DNA from: Octopus sinensis
Lineage: Eukaryota
Length of the DNA stretch: 64,000 nt
Assembly (NCBI RefSeq): GCF_006345805.1
Contig: NC_043013.1
Location: 58,404,001 to 58,468,000, forward strand
Direction of reading: 5' to 3'
Shown here: in pieces, positions 51,245 through 64,000 of the stretch
Layout: each line of letters opens with the position of its first letter
Position numbering within the stretch: position 1 is the stretch's first letter
Position numbers and translations under genes: made by a program
The notes under the pieces: generated by a model
Databases searched by the model: none
The model's input: the letters and a program-made list of their open reading frames with translations, nothing else
What the model was told of the DNA's origin: nothing

Positions 51245-51770
51245 TTTGCAACACGGATGAGGTAACCTTCAGTGTGGCTGAAAAGTTTAACAATTTGGAG
51301 ATCAAAACAGCCCCACATTACTGAGGGAATCGAACATGATAATCCGGAGGCCAATGTATGGCGCGTGCTTTTGTTGAAGGAAGTTATTGGTCTATTTCAT
51401 TTTCTTTTGGAAAAGACAATAACAGCTGACACTTACCTTGATATTATAAAAGAATACGTTATAACACAGCGAGATGATCCCCCTCGCCTGATTGGGGAAT
51501 AAACGTCCGCCGACTTTTAGATAAATAAGAATATGTGAACCAATTTCCTTAGCCGCTCTCAAGATACAACACCCATGGACATTTTGTTTTTCGAGAGTCT
51601 ATATGAAAGATATCGTGCACCGCACTGACGTAAAGGATTTCTATGACGTTAAACAAAGGAAAACTACCGCCATGGCGACAATAGGTGAAGGTGTATTAAG
51701 GCAGACCTGGACAAAAGTTGAATATTGCTTAGATATCCTTCGTGCAGCGAATGAGGCCCGTATATAAATT
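51245..51770 (+). mobile_element. Decayed Tc1/mariner-superfamily transposase, rosa/DD41D-like catalytic domain
   Basis: NTDEVTF..IWRSKQPH..ANVWR..VIGLFHF..TYLDII..(P)RSQDTTPMD..YMKDIV..WTKVEYCLDILRAANEARI, matching SDEAHF/WPPRSPDLTPLD/YRLD.CRA..GAHIE pattern. Confidence 0.7.
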
Positions 51771-52231
51771 TATTAACTCTTTGTACTTCACTATTAACTT
51801 CATACGAAGCAAACATTTCAACAGCATCCATTTGCCATTTTTAATATTTTTTTCTATTTGTTCAATGTCTGTGTCGGAACGTTGTATATATATATCTTTT
51901 ATTCTATCTTTTATTCCCCTTCTCATTTTTCTTCCCTTTTCTCGCTTCCCTTCTTTCACATATCTTAGCCTTCACTTTCTTTAACTCCCACTATTTCCCA
52001 TTCATTTATCTTTTTTTTTGGGGGGGGGGCAACCAGATCGAACCAACTAAAGTGTAACAGCCCGAAATGGTCATGACTTCTGGAACTTGATTGAGGAAAG
52101 AAAGCCACGAATAACCGGCTTTTTTTGGGGGGGGGGTTGGCTGTCTGAGAAACAACAATTGTATCATCCATCTGTCCGAACGTTTTAATGTCCTCTATTG
52201 TGTTTTTTGTTCTATTTATATATATATATAT

Positions 52232-52288
<57 letters not shown>

Positions 52289-52341
52289 ATATATAAGTAA
52301 ATAAATGGAGTTGAACGAAGATGTTATTAAAATTCTTTTAA

Positions 52342-52422
52342 TTTCGACATATGTTTCGAAGACAACATTGGTTTTATTCCAAAGGAATAAACGGTGTAAA
52401 ATGCAATCTTCTCATCAGGAAA
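52342..52422 (-). ncRNA. Type I hammerhead ribozyme (intact core)
   Basis: Minus strand TTTC-CTGATGA-GAAGA[ext. stem II incl. TTTATTCC-TTT-GGAATAAA]TCTTC-GAAA-CATATG-TC/GAAA. All core nucleotides present; helix I TTTC/GAAA; palindromic helix III; GUC cleavage predicted between 52346 and 52345. Confidence 0.85.
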
Positions 52423-52697
52423 GAAAGAGAGCCTTTCTTCTCAACAACAAGACATTATCACAATTCCGATGACTGCCTAAATGATAAACAGAACGTTATT
52501 AAGTATTATAAAAAACCGTTAGTAGATTCGACGTCAAAGGCAGATACTAGGAAGAGAAGGGTTAAAGAAATAATAAATAGAGAACAAATAAAGAGGGATA
52601 CGTTGACTGAAAAAAGTTCAAAGGCTTAGAAGTAGATTTCTCTATTGAAGTAAAGTGCAAGTTAAACTAAATGTTCAAACTATAAAGACTGGCGAAA

Positions 52698-53110
52698 TCA
52701 CTTATATGAGCTAAAGGTATGTTTCTGCCAGTGTTTACATTTGTAAGATCGCTCTATAAGTGTGTTAACAAGGTGATTCTTAGAGAAGAGAATATAGAAG
52801 AGTTCAGAGTTGCAAATGTTACAAAATCCCTTGCCCTTATCGTTAGGAAATGATATGCCCAGGATGAACCAATCTAACTTAAAATCTTTATTGTTGTCTT
52901 TACGATGCCAAACCAATTTACTTAGCCCTGTGCTATGACGTTTACTGCTATCCCTAAATGATGAGTAATGATTGGAAATTCTCTTAGATAACTGGGAAGA
53001 GGATGCGCCTATGTAGAAGCAAGAAATTTTACACTGGTATATAGAATTCTTGATCTTAGAATTATTAGACAAAAATTTAATTCTGTTGGGGTTGTCCTCA
53101 GAGATCAAAA
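52698..53110 (-). CDS. GIY-YIG endonuclease domain of Penelope-like element (open frame; RT absent)
   Basis: SIYQCKISCFYIGASSSQLSKRISNHYSSF..KRHSTGLSKLVW..W.ILG..FCNICNSE..LVN..CKH matches the C-terminal PLE endonuclease type (IVY..YIG..FK.R..NH..SF..LSK..W..CNLC..CRH). The ORF start at 53162 lies in microsatellite and is not credible. Confidence 0.7.
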
Positions 53111-55329
53111 CTATGTTTTTATTGCTATATACATACACAACCATATATATGCATATATGCATACATATACATTACGTACAAACATATCCATAAGTACGTA
53201 TGTATTACATGTGTTGAGAAGGGAGTATTATTACAGCAGTTCGTATAATCTTTTTATATAATTAAAACAATTATACACAATAGGTGGGTTTGAGTTTATA
53301 TTAATACCTGTGATATTAGTTGGTATTGCAAATCATAAATTTCCGGGTATTAATCAATATAGTTTATTTCCCCTAATACCGGAAAAAATACATACATTAA
53401 TAATGTTTGTCGTCACTTCAACCTGGCTCTTGCCTTCGAACGGACCTTACTGCGATTTTATAACCCCAAGAGGATATTTCCTCGAGTTGGTTAACAATGC
53501 ACGCCTTCATTCGACGTATTGCAAGCGGGGGAGCGAACCCCTACCCACTTCTAGTGACGGGATCAGTAGATGAGCCAGTTTCAAGCTATTTTCTGGGAGA
53601 TGGCAGTAGTTCGCTTCCCTTCGCAAGATATATAAATTTGAGTAACGTTCAGTCGTTGATTTTACTACAAGCAAACAATCTCGTTAAAATATCGCATTAA
53701 CGTCCGTTCGAACAAGTTACTGGCGTTTATCACTTACAAGGATTTTAGAACTAGCCTGTTTGATGATATATATATATGCGCGTGTGTGTATATACATCTA
53801 CATATTTATAGACAATCAATAGACAAACATACTGACTCAGACAGAGACAGATATTTAGACCTATATATATATGTACCACTTGACCAAATCTTGCCCGTAC
53901 TGGACCGTTCCTTGTTTTTCAGTTCTATACCATATTATCACCTAAACGTTTGCTTCAACGGTCCCTACTTGAATCGCTACGTCCCATAAATCAATGTGCA
54001 GACATGTTTTATCTTAATACGGTTTGCCGTCATTTTCAGCTGAAATTCTGTCAGCTTAGGGTGTTGTGTGTACACATTTTCCCTGATTAATCATCAAGGG
54101 AATCGAGAATTTTAATCTTTCTCAATCCGTTATCTCTCTTGCCCTCAATATTTCTCTCTGAATCTTATTTTTTCATGCTTCTGCTTCCAATATAAATGTG
54201 ACGTTAAGTACCTTTTTTCTTTAGCAGTGTCCAGAGCACTCAGTATTTAGTTTCTAACCTGTACTTATTAAGCGCATTTCTGCGGGCAGGAATAGTTTTC
54301 GTCTCTTAAGTTTAATAGAATAATAACCAATGAAGTTGTTTGATTGATTTAATCCACGATCTACTTCTTGCAAGTTTTGTTTCGTTGCCTCTGTATTAAA
54401 AACCATTTTTTTAAAAAAAGTAACTATCTCTTCTAACTGCAGCTATATCTATTTTAATAACCTAATATAACAAAGCATTCTCACATTTTTACTAATACAG
54501 AAACCAACAAAGTCGTATTTGTATGATCATACTCCGTGCAAACAAATCTACGCACGTATTGTACGCACATCTCAATGAAAATGTTTCCCCATCTTGCCCT
54601 ACTTGAAAATGTTTGCCCCATCTTCGTGAAAAAACATTGATAGGAAATCATTGATTCATAATTGATGTGATGGTTGATTCACCTACGCTCACACCGTTCT
54701 AACTGTCATTCTGTTCATTTGGTCCAGAAACAATTAATTGTAACTATATAATCATTTTACAGACAGTAGGATATGACTTTACAAGAAGGCTATTTCGGTT
54801 AGTATTTCTACCAACTAGATAAACCACATAAGCTTCTAAATTGACAGCTATCATTTCTAGATTCGGCAACTCATAAAAATAAAGAATCAAAACGTCTCTC
54901 AATATAGCAACAACATTATTAATCTGCTTCGGAGAGTAGAGACTTAGTATAATTGTTGGTTGCTGAAGCTTAGTTGTTGAAGCTCAAACATTTATTTGAG
55001 TCTCAAGCATCAACAGAGTTTCCAAACTTGCACAAACTATAAGAGTATGGATGAGGAGGACCAGACAAAGATCAAGTTTGGAGCAGCAAAAACTGGAGGA
55101 GAACAAAAGAATTACTACAAAAAGGAATTTAAAATCTTTCAACTGCATATCACCATCATTAGAAAATTGGCACCAAAGAAATATCATCATATTTTTTAAG
55201 TTTTTTAAATTCATAATTCCAAAGAATACTTTTCAGAATGCAAGAAAAACGATATCGCTTTCACTTTGTAGTCAACTAGAATATAAAAAATACTTAGTGA
55301 TGATGATAATAATAATAATAATAATAATA

Positions 55330-55367
<38 letters not shown>

Positions 55368-55477
55368 GTAATAACAGCCACATCAACGACAACAGCATCG
55401 ATAATGATAATTATAGTGATTTCCCCACATAGGTACGAACGCCAATTGCATACAAATATTTGGATTTATACATATGA

Positions 55478-55552
<75 letters not shown>

Positions 55553-55576
55553 TACATATATATATATACATATATG

Positions 55577-55613
<37 letters not shown>

Positions 55614-55620
55614 GTATATG

Positions 55621-55655
<35 letters not shown>

Positions 55656-56963
55656 GTATGTATGTAGGCATGTATGTATGTATGTTTGTATGTATGTACA
55701 TATGTATGTATGTGTATGCTGCTTATATAGTAATGTCATATGATGAAGGTAAATTCAGAAATAATTATACAATTATCGGCTCATGGAATACATGGCATGT
55801 TATGCTGAAATAAAAGATATTAATACACGCTTATAATTAAAGTTGAATAATGTTAAATTACATCCTTCCATATAGTTATTGACACGCACGAACGAAACAC
55901 ACACACAACAAACACACACATGTATGTTTGTATGCCTGCATGGATGTATGTGTACATGTTCACATGCACAAGCTGATTAGAAACACAGACAGATGCTGGC
56001 GGCTAAATAATATTGAAACCAGTTGACTTCATTGATTATAAACTGTGATACTTATAATTATTTTGTCTTCGGAAACAAACATATACTTTACTTTTTTTTA
56101 AATTTTATTTTAATACACATTTTAAATTCGATTTTGTATTTTCTATCTTAATTTGAAATAGATAAAATATCAACTGCAATCAGGAGTTTGGGCTAAAAAT
56201 CTACACAAAACAAAGAGTAATAAACCGTTAAAGCTGAATGCCATAAGTTATCGATTTTCAACGTTTTCCGACAATTATTTTTAGGTAAAAAATTTGGTTT
56301 GGTGGAATGCTGAATAGTCTCAGCATGTTAGTTACAACACTTTATGCTCTGAGGACGAATCTGGTGGTTAAATTTGCCTTTGATCTTCCTGGAGGTCGAT
56401 GGGATAAGGAACCATCGTGTAATAAATTGATAGACATATAATATCCTGTATAGCTAGCTGGGCCCACGATACTCAACATTCGCTGACAGACAAGCAGGAA
56501 ATAAAGAAAAGAAGAATAAACCGAGAGCAGCGCCTAAACAGCGATAAAATCTGTCATTACAAGAAATAAAACAATTCAATTCACATTCTTAACATCTTCC
56601 TGTCTGCGATTGTTATAAATTAAATATTTTTAATCATATTTCTGTTAAATAATCGTCAATTATAAGTGAATTACTTGTTGAATGTTAACTTAATCATTTC
56701 AAAGTACAAGAATAGACTTAGAGAGATGAAGTATGGTTCAAGTGTTCACAAGTATCGTTATTGGCATCTTCTCAAAAGGAGAATCTTTGCTACAAATTCC
56801 AAAAATGTTGTTGGCCTTACTGCAGAGAAGCCGGAAAGGTAGACTTAGATTTATTAAGTTGATAACTTGCCTTGGACAATCCGTTAAAGAAAGAATTAAA
56901 ATGGTAATGTCATTTTCATAAATGAAAAAGAAAATTAATATTGCTAATGACTTACGGTATGAA

Positions 56964-57560
56964 TACGTGGGCTGATCAATAAGTATCCGGATTGTTGTTA
57001 TAATAACGAAGCTAAATTACACAAAGTAAAGTAGCTTGACACAGATTGATTTGACCTGTGCTGTGCATGCGCACTAAGTTTAAACGTTGTTCACAGCAGC
57101 GCTTGGAAGGAAGGTGTGCAGCATGTGTTCGTCGCATTGATCATGACAGGAAAAGTTGAGCATAAAATCGGCATCAAATTTTTTCCAAAAGCTTGGCGAT
57201 ACTTGTCAAAATGCTTTCATCGTTCTCGACAGTATCAAAGAAATCTTGTGCAACTCAAATCTGAGTGTCTTTTGGGTCAGCTGAAAGCAGTTCGCGCACA
57301 AACTTAGCATACTCGTGTCTCATTCCCAAATCTTCGGTGATAATGCACTGAACTGAACCATAACTAATCTGCATATCCTCTAATAATTCACAGATGGTGA
57401 TTCGACGGTTTCTCATCACAATTACACGGACGTCTGCGATGTTTTTTCTCAGTTCTGCTGCTTGCGGGTCTCCCAAAACGTTCGTCAATATCGACATTTT
57501 CCCGCCATCTTGAAAACGTCTGAAACACTCGTACACATAAGTTGACTCCAAACATGAAAA
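56964..57560. mobile_element. Mariner transposon 5' part with internal inversion
   Basis: TA + TIR CGTGGGCTGATCAATAAGTATCCGGATT; plus strand MTGKVEHKIGIKFF to ~57215; minus strand 57550->57215 YECFRRFQDG..RRITICELLEDMQISYGSVQCIITEDLGMR..AKFVRELL.. Confidence 0.85.
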
Positions 57561-57869
57561 AGAAGCGCTGGATGAAAATATACACACACGCGAGTAAAAT
57601 TTGGCATTATACGCACACAAATACAAATGTAGATATGTATAGTGTATTAAAAATGTATGTTCGTATACACACATAAGGAGGAATTTGGATTATCGCCATG
57701 TGGTGAGTTGTAATGCAAAATATATATATATAAAATAAGAAAAGGTAAATGCACACACTACTTAGTTTTAATATATTTTTTATATATTTTACTATTCGAT
57801 GAACAAATTTTCTTTATTTAAACGTTCTTGTATAGAAATTATGCAAAAGAATAAAAAAAAAAGACCTGA

Positions 57870-58105
57870 ATATGCAATTATAATTTTTCCTGGGTAAGGT
57901 CAAGAGCAACATCTGGTTTTTCAATTAAGAACCTTGACCACTGCAAATATTTGACCACACTAATACGAAGACCACGCCCCTTTACCACCCCCACATTAAT
58001 AAATACAAAGGAATAAAGAAACAATACATGGAAATGCAATTATAACTTTTAATGAAGAAAATTAAAAACAACATCTGGTTTTTCAATTAAAACCTTGACC
58101 AATTC
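57870..58105 (+). repeat. Imperfect direct repeat, two copies ~165 bp apart
   Basis: ATGCAATTATAA.TTTT and CAACATCTGGTTTTTCAATTAA.AACCTTGACCA each occur twice. Confidence 0.85.
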
Positions 58106-58344
58106 AAATACAAAAAAATATTTACTTCCCCGCGCTAAAAGTTCACTAAGTACTAAACGAACAAGTCTGACCATACCAATGCAAAAGCCACTCCTCTTTA
58201 CCTCCCGCTCCTTCTCAAAAAATGGTTTCTTCTTTCTTCTCCCTTGCTTAGCAAACCTCATAAATTTTTTATATATAAAAAGGCCAGGAAATCCAACTTT
58301 AAACCACTTTTAGATCAATTCGATAACGGAACTAAGCGCTAAAA

Positions 58345-58407
<63 letters not shown>

Positions 58408-60349
58408 CTACCCTTATTCAATTTTATCACCCAACATTCTGACTACCTTATTCTAAATATGCAATATCTGTACAAGACTTCAAAAATCTCCCTCGCTCCC
58501 TGCATACACACACACACACATGTATGTATGTATGTATACTGGAAATTTTGTGAAATCCTTAGGGATATTTGAAAATGGAAACGAATGCCTTCACTCAGAA
58601 TGACCAGGATCGATAAGAATGGCTAAAAGGCATACACAACAATCATAGAATTATAGACAAATGCCAACCTAGGTATAGTAGTATTGGCAAAATGATAAGG
58701 TATCGGGTAATGGATGCAATTAATTGAAACCATCTGAGTAATATACTCAGCACTTGCGATATTCAGAAGCCTACATTTTATAAATATACAATTTTAATAT
58801 ACTTCGGAACACGGGAGGGGCTGAATCCGAGAGAGATGAATGGTAAATAGATAAATTGATAGATAAGTATCTATTCGCTACAGCTGTTTCTAAGGATTAT
58901 TTTAATGTATCAATGAGTACAATATATCATTGTAAAAACGGTTTGCATCACATGAACACATAACTTATTCCGATCAAGGACATTAAGGAACATTTTTTAA
59001 TCGGTAAGCGTCGACTGTGGAATCACCAAATATGTATGTGTCGTGGATTTAAAGATTTTTCTAAATTTCCTCAATTGTAAAATTTATCTATTCATCAGAG
59101 GAAAACAGTTTTTTGTAATGATATAATGTACTTATTGATCAATTAAAAATTCGTTAGAAACGGTTGTAATGAATTGACTGACCTCCATTGTTACTTAAAT
59201 GTGTGTGTGCGTGTTATCGGTAACACATGTGTGCATTTGTTTTGTTTAAACACCCGCTTGCAGCCGGAAAGCGCCCTAAGAAACCTTCCTACGCGATGCT
59301 GAGTGTTAAGGAACAGTGATTGTCCCAGACAAGGTGAGAAAACTCCCGCCAAAGTGATCGAGAGTGGTAGATACCGATATCTCACCATTATTGACCCTTA
59401 TCGATACCACGTATTCAGATTAGCTAGAAATAAAATGGATCATTTGTCTGGTACGCAATACGGAGAAGTTTATTTGCTGATGTACTACGGCGTGTCACAC
59501 AGCAAAGAACATTAAATTAAGAATTCAAAGCGTGTGTGCTCAAAACACATACACGGCCGATAATGTTCACATTAATAGAGCTGCTGGGAGAGAGAGAGAG
59601 AGAGAAAGAAAGAAAACCTGAATAGATTTGCTCGTATATATAGAGAGAACAACTCTCATAATGTTCCTTCATATACACTGCATACAAACTGAGAAGAGCC
59701 GTATAATTAAATCCTATGAGAGGTTGAATTGAGGAAGAAGTTCATAAAAAGTCTTGAGTCACAAAAACTAGCTGTAATAAGATTTAATGCCGAAATTATA
59801 GAAATGAATTAAATTATAAAGTTCTCTGTACATATACACGTGTGTACATATACGTACACATATAAATATCTGCTCACACATACACAGATACACACATTCA
59901 CACACACACAAACACGTACAAACACATACATATAAATATATAAATTAAATATAGAGATATTCAATTGTCAATCCAATAATTTAAATATAACATTAAATAC
60001 TATATATATATATACATAGGAGAAGACTTAGATACTTAAATACATTTATATACCTCATTATTTTATTGTTGTATGTTGTGGTGACAAGCGACTATCTGGG
60101 ACATGAAAGGGTTTCAATTGGATGTGTGTGAGGTGTAATGAAGTGAATTTTGATGGTTGTGGATTGCACTTAATTGATCGTATCATCAGTTGAAGTGTGT
60201 TTTTTTTTATTGCAATTGTTGTATGTTTGAATAGTGAACGCTCACGCTCATAACACAGACATTTGAATTAATTTTTACAATCCAGTCGTTCTTTTACAAG
60301 GAATTTCGTATTTTTCTAAAGCCAAGAAACTGAAGTAACTATATATATA

Positions 60350-60700
60350 TAACAACAGCCAAATCCTAAGTAACCCCGAGATCCCGCATAACAATAATAA
60401 AGTGAACACGAACTGACATGCAAAGAGAACTAGGAGACCAACTGTAAACAACCGCCGGTCACTAACAATAGCCAGCAATAGATGCTGTAGGGACAAATCA
60501 AGGTGCCCACTCGGTAACCTCTGCACCACTCGCAATCTAGTATATAAATGCACAGTGCACACACGATGAGGTCCGTACGTGTACATAGGTGCCATGACCG
60601 ATTCATTCAAGAATCGATACCGCAACCACAGCTCAAGCTTTATAAAATAACTAAGAGGCATACAACATCACTGGTGGATTTTCTGTGGAAATTATGCTCC
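60350..60700 (+). mobile_element. Decayed Penelope-like GIY-YIG fragment
   Basis: CCRDKSRCPLGNLCTTRNLVYKCTVHTR*GPYVYIGAMTDSFKNRYRNHSSSF..KRHTTSLVDFLWKL; same endonuclease type as 52698-53110. Confidence 0.8.
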
Positions 60701-61007
60701 ACAGACAATATACAAAACCATTTCTAGGAGGTATGGGTTATGCTCGAAAGAATATTTGTCCATTTTACTAACTAGAGAAATAGTTATTAACAAATTGATT
60801 GAAAGAATTACAAGCTGCATACACGCTAAGAAATCTATCTTCACTTACTACAGTACAAACATTCCAGTACCCTCAAAGCCATACCTAGGATGTAGCCCAC
60901 ACGACGAAATACATTTTTATATGCTCTTTTAGTGATCAACATGCCACCATATACGATGCATGCCTAAATGTCTGAAGAATATATATATATATATATGCGT
61001 GGTCAAG

Positions 61008-61154
61008 TCGGCCGAGGTCGACTTTGCCTTTCATCCTTTCGGGGTCGATAAATCAAGTAACAATTACGCACTTGGGGCGATGTAATCGACTTAATCCGTC
61101 TGTCTGTCCTTATCTGTCCCCTCTATGTTTAGCCCCTTGTAGGTAATAAAAAAC
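61008..61154 (+). mobile_element. 5'-truncated family A SINE (tail type 1)
   Basis: GAGGTCGACTTTGCCTTTCATCCTTTCGGGGTCGATAAA...GTTTAGCCCCTTGTAGGTAATAAA. Confidence 0.9.
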
Positions 61155-61779
61155 AGATATATACTTGCGTGTATGTACGCGTGTGTATGTATGTATGTAT
61201 GTATATAAATGTGTGTGGGGGTGGGGTGAGTGCACGTATGTGTGTGTGTATATATACATGCACACACGCAAATATGTATGTATATATGTGTATGAGCGTG
61301 TGCCTGTGTGTATGTAGCTGTAAGCAGCCATCAAGTCTAAAGGTGGACATCACATTCCCACCAAATTCTTCACCACGCCGTCATGCTTGACTGTCAAAGC
61401 CAACCATCAAATGTCCTGACCCCGAGTATAAGCACACACACCCATTTACATTAGATTCTTTGTATTTCCTGTTGTTATCAACCACTTCCTGACTACAAGT
61501 ATCCTCACTTCACCAATGGGTGTAATTTACTAGCAACTACATAATACCACCAGCATCTAACTTGGGACAAAATGTAAATCTTATACATTTTGAAGGATAT
61601 CATGTTGTCTGATGTGGTTCCCTGAACTGTGCCATGCGTCCGATGTCATTACATCGTTCCCCATCAACTAGGGAGCAGTGCAGAAGGTAGCCGAAACGAC
61701 TGTTGGGCTAAATACAACTTCTACTTAAACTCCGTCTTCCGCATCAATCAATTAAAATATACCCAACGGGCACCTCGGA

Positions 61780-61930
61780 ATTCCGGACATAGATCCAACG
61801 ACGAACGCATCGTATCGCTGATGATGTCTGGTAGCCATAAGTGGTTAACGTGCTGTGCAGGCACAGTACCTGGGACTTACCTTGAAACAAGGATTGGATA
61901 CTGCATTTAATGCCCACGTTCTAAACCTAA
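61780..61930 (+). mobile_element. Possible very decayed LINE RT fragment
   Basis: TAT(c)GCTGATGATGTC gives YADD with a 1-nt insertion; downstream AQYLGLTL..FNAHV. Confidence 0.35.
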
Positions 61931-62218
61931 ATTCTTTAATTATAAATTTGATTGATACAAGTACACACGCAGATATTATTGAGTCGAAACAGGGGCAGCT
62001 GAAGAAGGGGGATGTTCCTTGTATTGTTTATCTTGTACTCTGTTTATTCGTTGTTAAAAAAAGTCCGTTTCCTTGTTTGATTTTATGTTTTCGTTTCTCG
62101 TTGTGTTCTACGTTTATTTGTGGTGTCCTGTACTCATATATGCATGTATATATACATATAGATGTAGGTATGTACATATATGTATGTATGTGTGCATATG
62201 TTTTATTTATTAAATTGT

Positions 62219-62265
<47 letters not shown>

Positions 62266-62337
62266 TACATACACACACACATGTATATATACATTTATAT
62301 ATGTAAGCTTATTTTTGTATATATATATATATTTATT

Positions 62338-62373
<36 letters not shown>

Positions 62374-62860
62374 CGTGTATGTATATATACGTGAACATAT
62401 TCGTCTGCATTTATTCATTGTAAATTTTCTTGAATATTATCATTCACATAGTTGTTTTAATTATGTTCAAAACTTCCTTTCTACATTTGATTTTTTTCCT
62501 TTCAATATTTACTTTTGTTAACTTTTTTTCCTCTCAATCAATATTTGTCAAATTCCAATTTAATCATATTTCTGGTTTAAATCGAGACTAAAAATATTTT
62601 TGTGTCAATACCAAAATATTAAAATCAAACCTAGCAGAAATAAACCTAAAATATCTATAAATAAGCAACGGGAAATTGTGACTTATTTAATATTTCATTC
62701 AATAGCTGCCTCCTTCATCGCGCCTATTCGCTAAAAGATTATTAAAAACATTGCAGCAGGTAAATTCTCTCAATATTTATCCGTATATACACATATGTAT
62801 CGATGTTATATCTATGTATGCATATCTGTCTGTTTATGTACCTATCTCTCTGTCTCTGTT

Positions 62861-62966
<106 letters not shown>

Positions 62967-64000
62967 TACGAAAGAGAGTGAGAATAAAGGAAGGCGGAAA
63001 CCTGAGTAAAGTTATGGAAAATTGTTTCTTGGCGGTTGAGATGATAACTGATGACCCTAAGTTGGTTTAATGACTGCACAAACAGTGAAAAGGAGTCAGG
63101 CTTACTACAATATAAGTAGCAAGTAATGCAGACGTCGGGTACTATCTTTAATGGAATCTGTTCTCATAGAGAGGTGAAAGGATTGGAAGGACTGCCTCTC
63201 TGTCAATTAGGGCATCCTCATTAACTCTCCCTTAATTGTTGCATTGAATCGACGATGTAGAAAAAGCATTCTGTTAAGAGTCTTAACAACTGGGTCGTGT
63301 TAAAATACGCATTTATAGAAAAGTTTCTTCGAATAAAAACATTTGGGAGGATGTTATAAACAGGATACCTTAGTCACCATCGCAGTCACACATTACAAAG
63401 TCGGGAATCTGTGGAATATGGAGAACACTTATTTTAAAACAAAAAAAGGAAGTTAAATCCAACCGTCAACAATCGAGAAGAGTTGTACGAAACTAATTGG
63501 CAAGTATAAAACTACAAACCTCCACATATCGCATAACTTGGTCGCCTTAAAATGTGTTTCATTATGTTTTAGGGATAAACGTTTTGCCGTCTCATGCAAA
63601 GAGATGACAGAATGGGGAAATATTTGAAATGTATTTTACAAGATGAACATTCCTATGTTTTTGATGTCGCCTAATTCTGATCAAATGGATTGTTATATAT
63701 GGTGTTCGAACTGTAAGTAATCCATATTGATCCCCTCATACACAGTATATCTCGGACTATTTTATCCAATGTATCCATTATCTTTAAGACTGTGAGGTTT
63801 AATTTTAGGAGAATATGGTTACTATTTTTAACAGATCAACTGTGGCATCTTTTTTCTTATCCTGATCTGGGAGCAGATGATCTTCGAAGCAAATCAAGCA
63901 GAAGTGAAATCAAAGGTGTTTCAACCGTAAACACCTTGTCTTTTTTTGACACGCACAGTGAATGTGCAACTATGGACTATAATATATTCTTCCTTTTATC

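Larger units (their letters stand above)
52290..53110 (-). mobile_element. 5'-truncated Penelope-like element: GIY-YIG endonuclease + 3' pseudo-LTR with hammerhead ribozyme
   Basis: See the two features below; both ends lie in TA/CA-type microsatellite. Confidence 0.85.

Noticed and set aside
52351-52629. 92-aa plus-strand ORF
   Set aside because: Antisense to the PLE 3' UTR and ribozyme; no domain.
60275-60661. 128-aa hydrophobic minus ORF resembling a membrane protein
   Set aside because: Antisense frame of the decayed GIY-YIG fragment.

Overview
AT-rich, microsatellite-saturated eukaryotic (animal) DNA. The SINE families and microsatellite load point to an octopus/coleoid cephalopod genome (inference). 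I cannot support any host protein-coding gene, tRNA, rRNA or CRISPR array; nearly all supplied ORFs are microsatellite read-throughs or antisense frames of repeats. The window is a transposon graveyard: several tRNA-headed SINE families, decayed Tx1/L1-clade, R4/Dong-clade, CR1-like and RTE-like LINEs, Penelope-like elements (PLEs, GIY-YIG endonuclease), mariner and rosa-like DNA transposons, Helitron/Helentron-type pieces, MITEs/foldbacks, and a ~972-bp identical tandem duplication. Best leads: (1) a PLE 3' end carrying a type I hammerhead ribozyme with a perfect catalytic core (~52342-52422, minus); (2) a tRNA-headed SINE whose 3' half is a degenerate hammerhead/PLE-like tail (~43083-43335), suggesting PLE-mobilised SINEs; (3) a ~45-nt 3' tail shared between a SINE subfamily and the Tx1/L1-clade LINE, i.e. 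a candidate SINE-LINE partner pair. Coordinates were read by eye and family names come from remembered motifs, not database searches.
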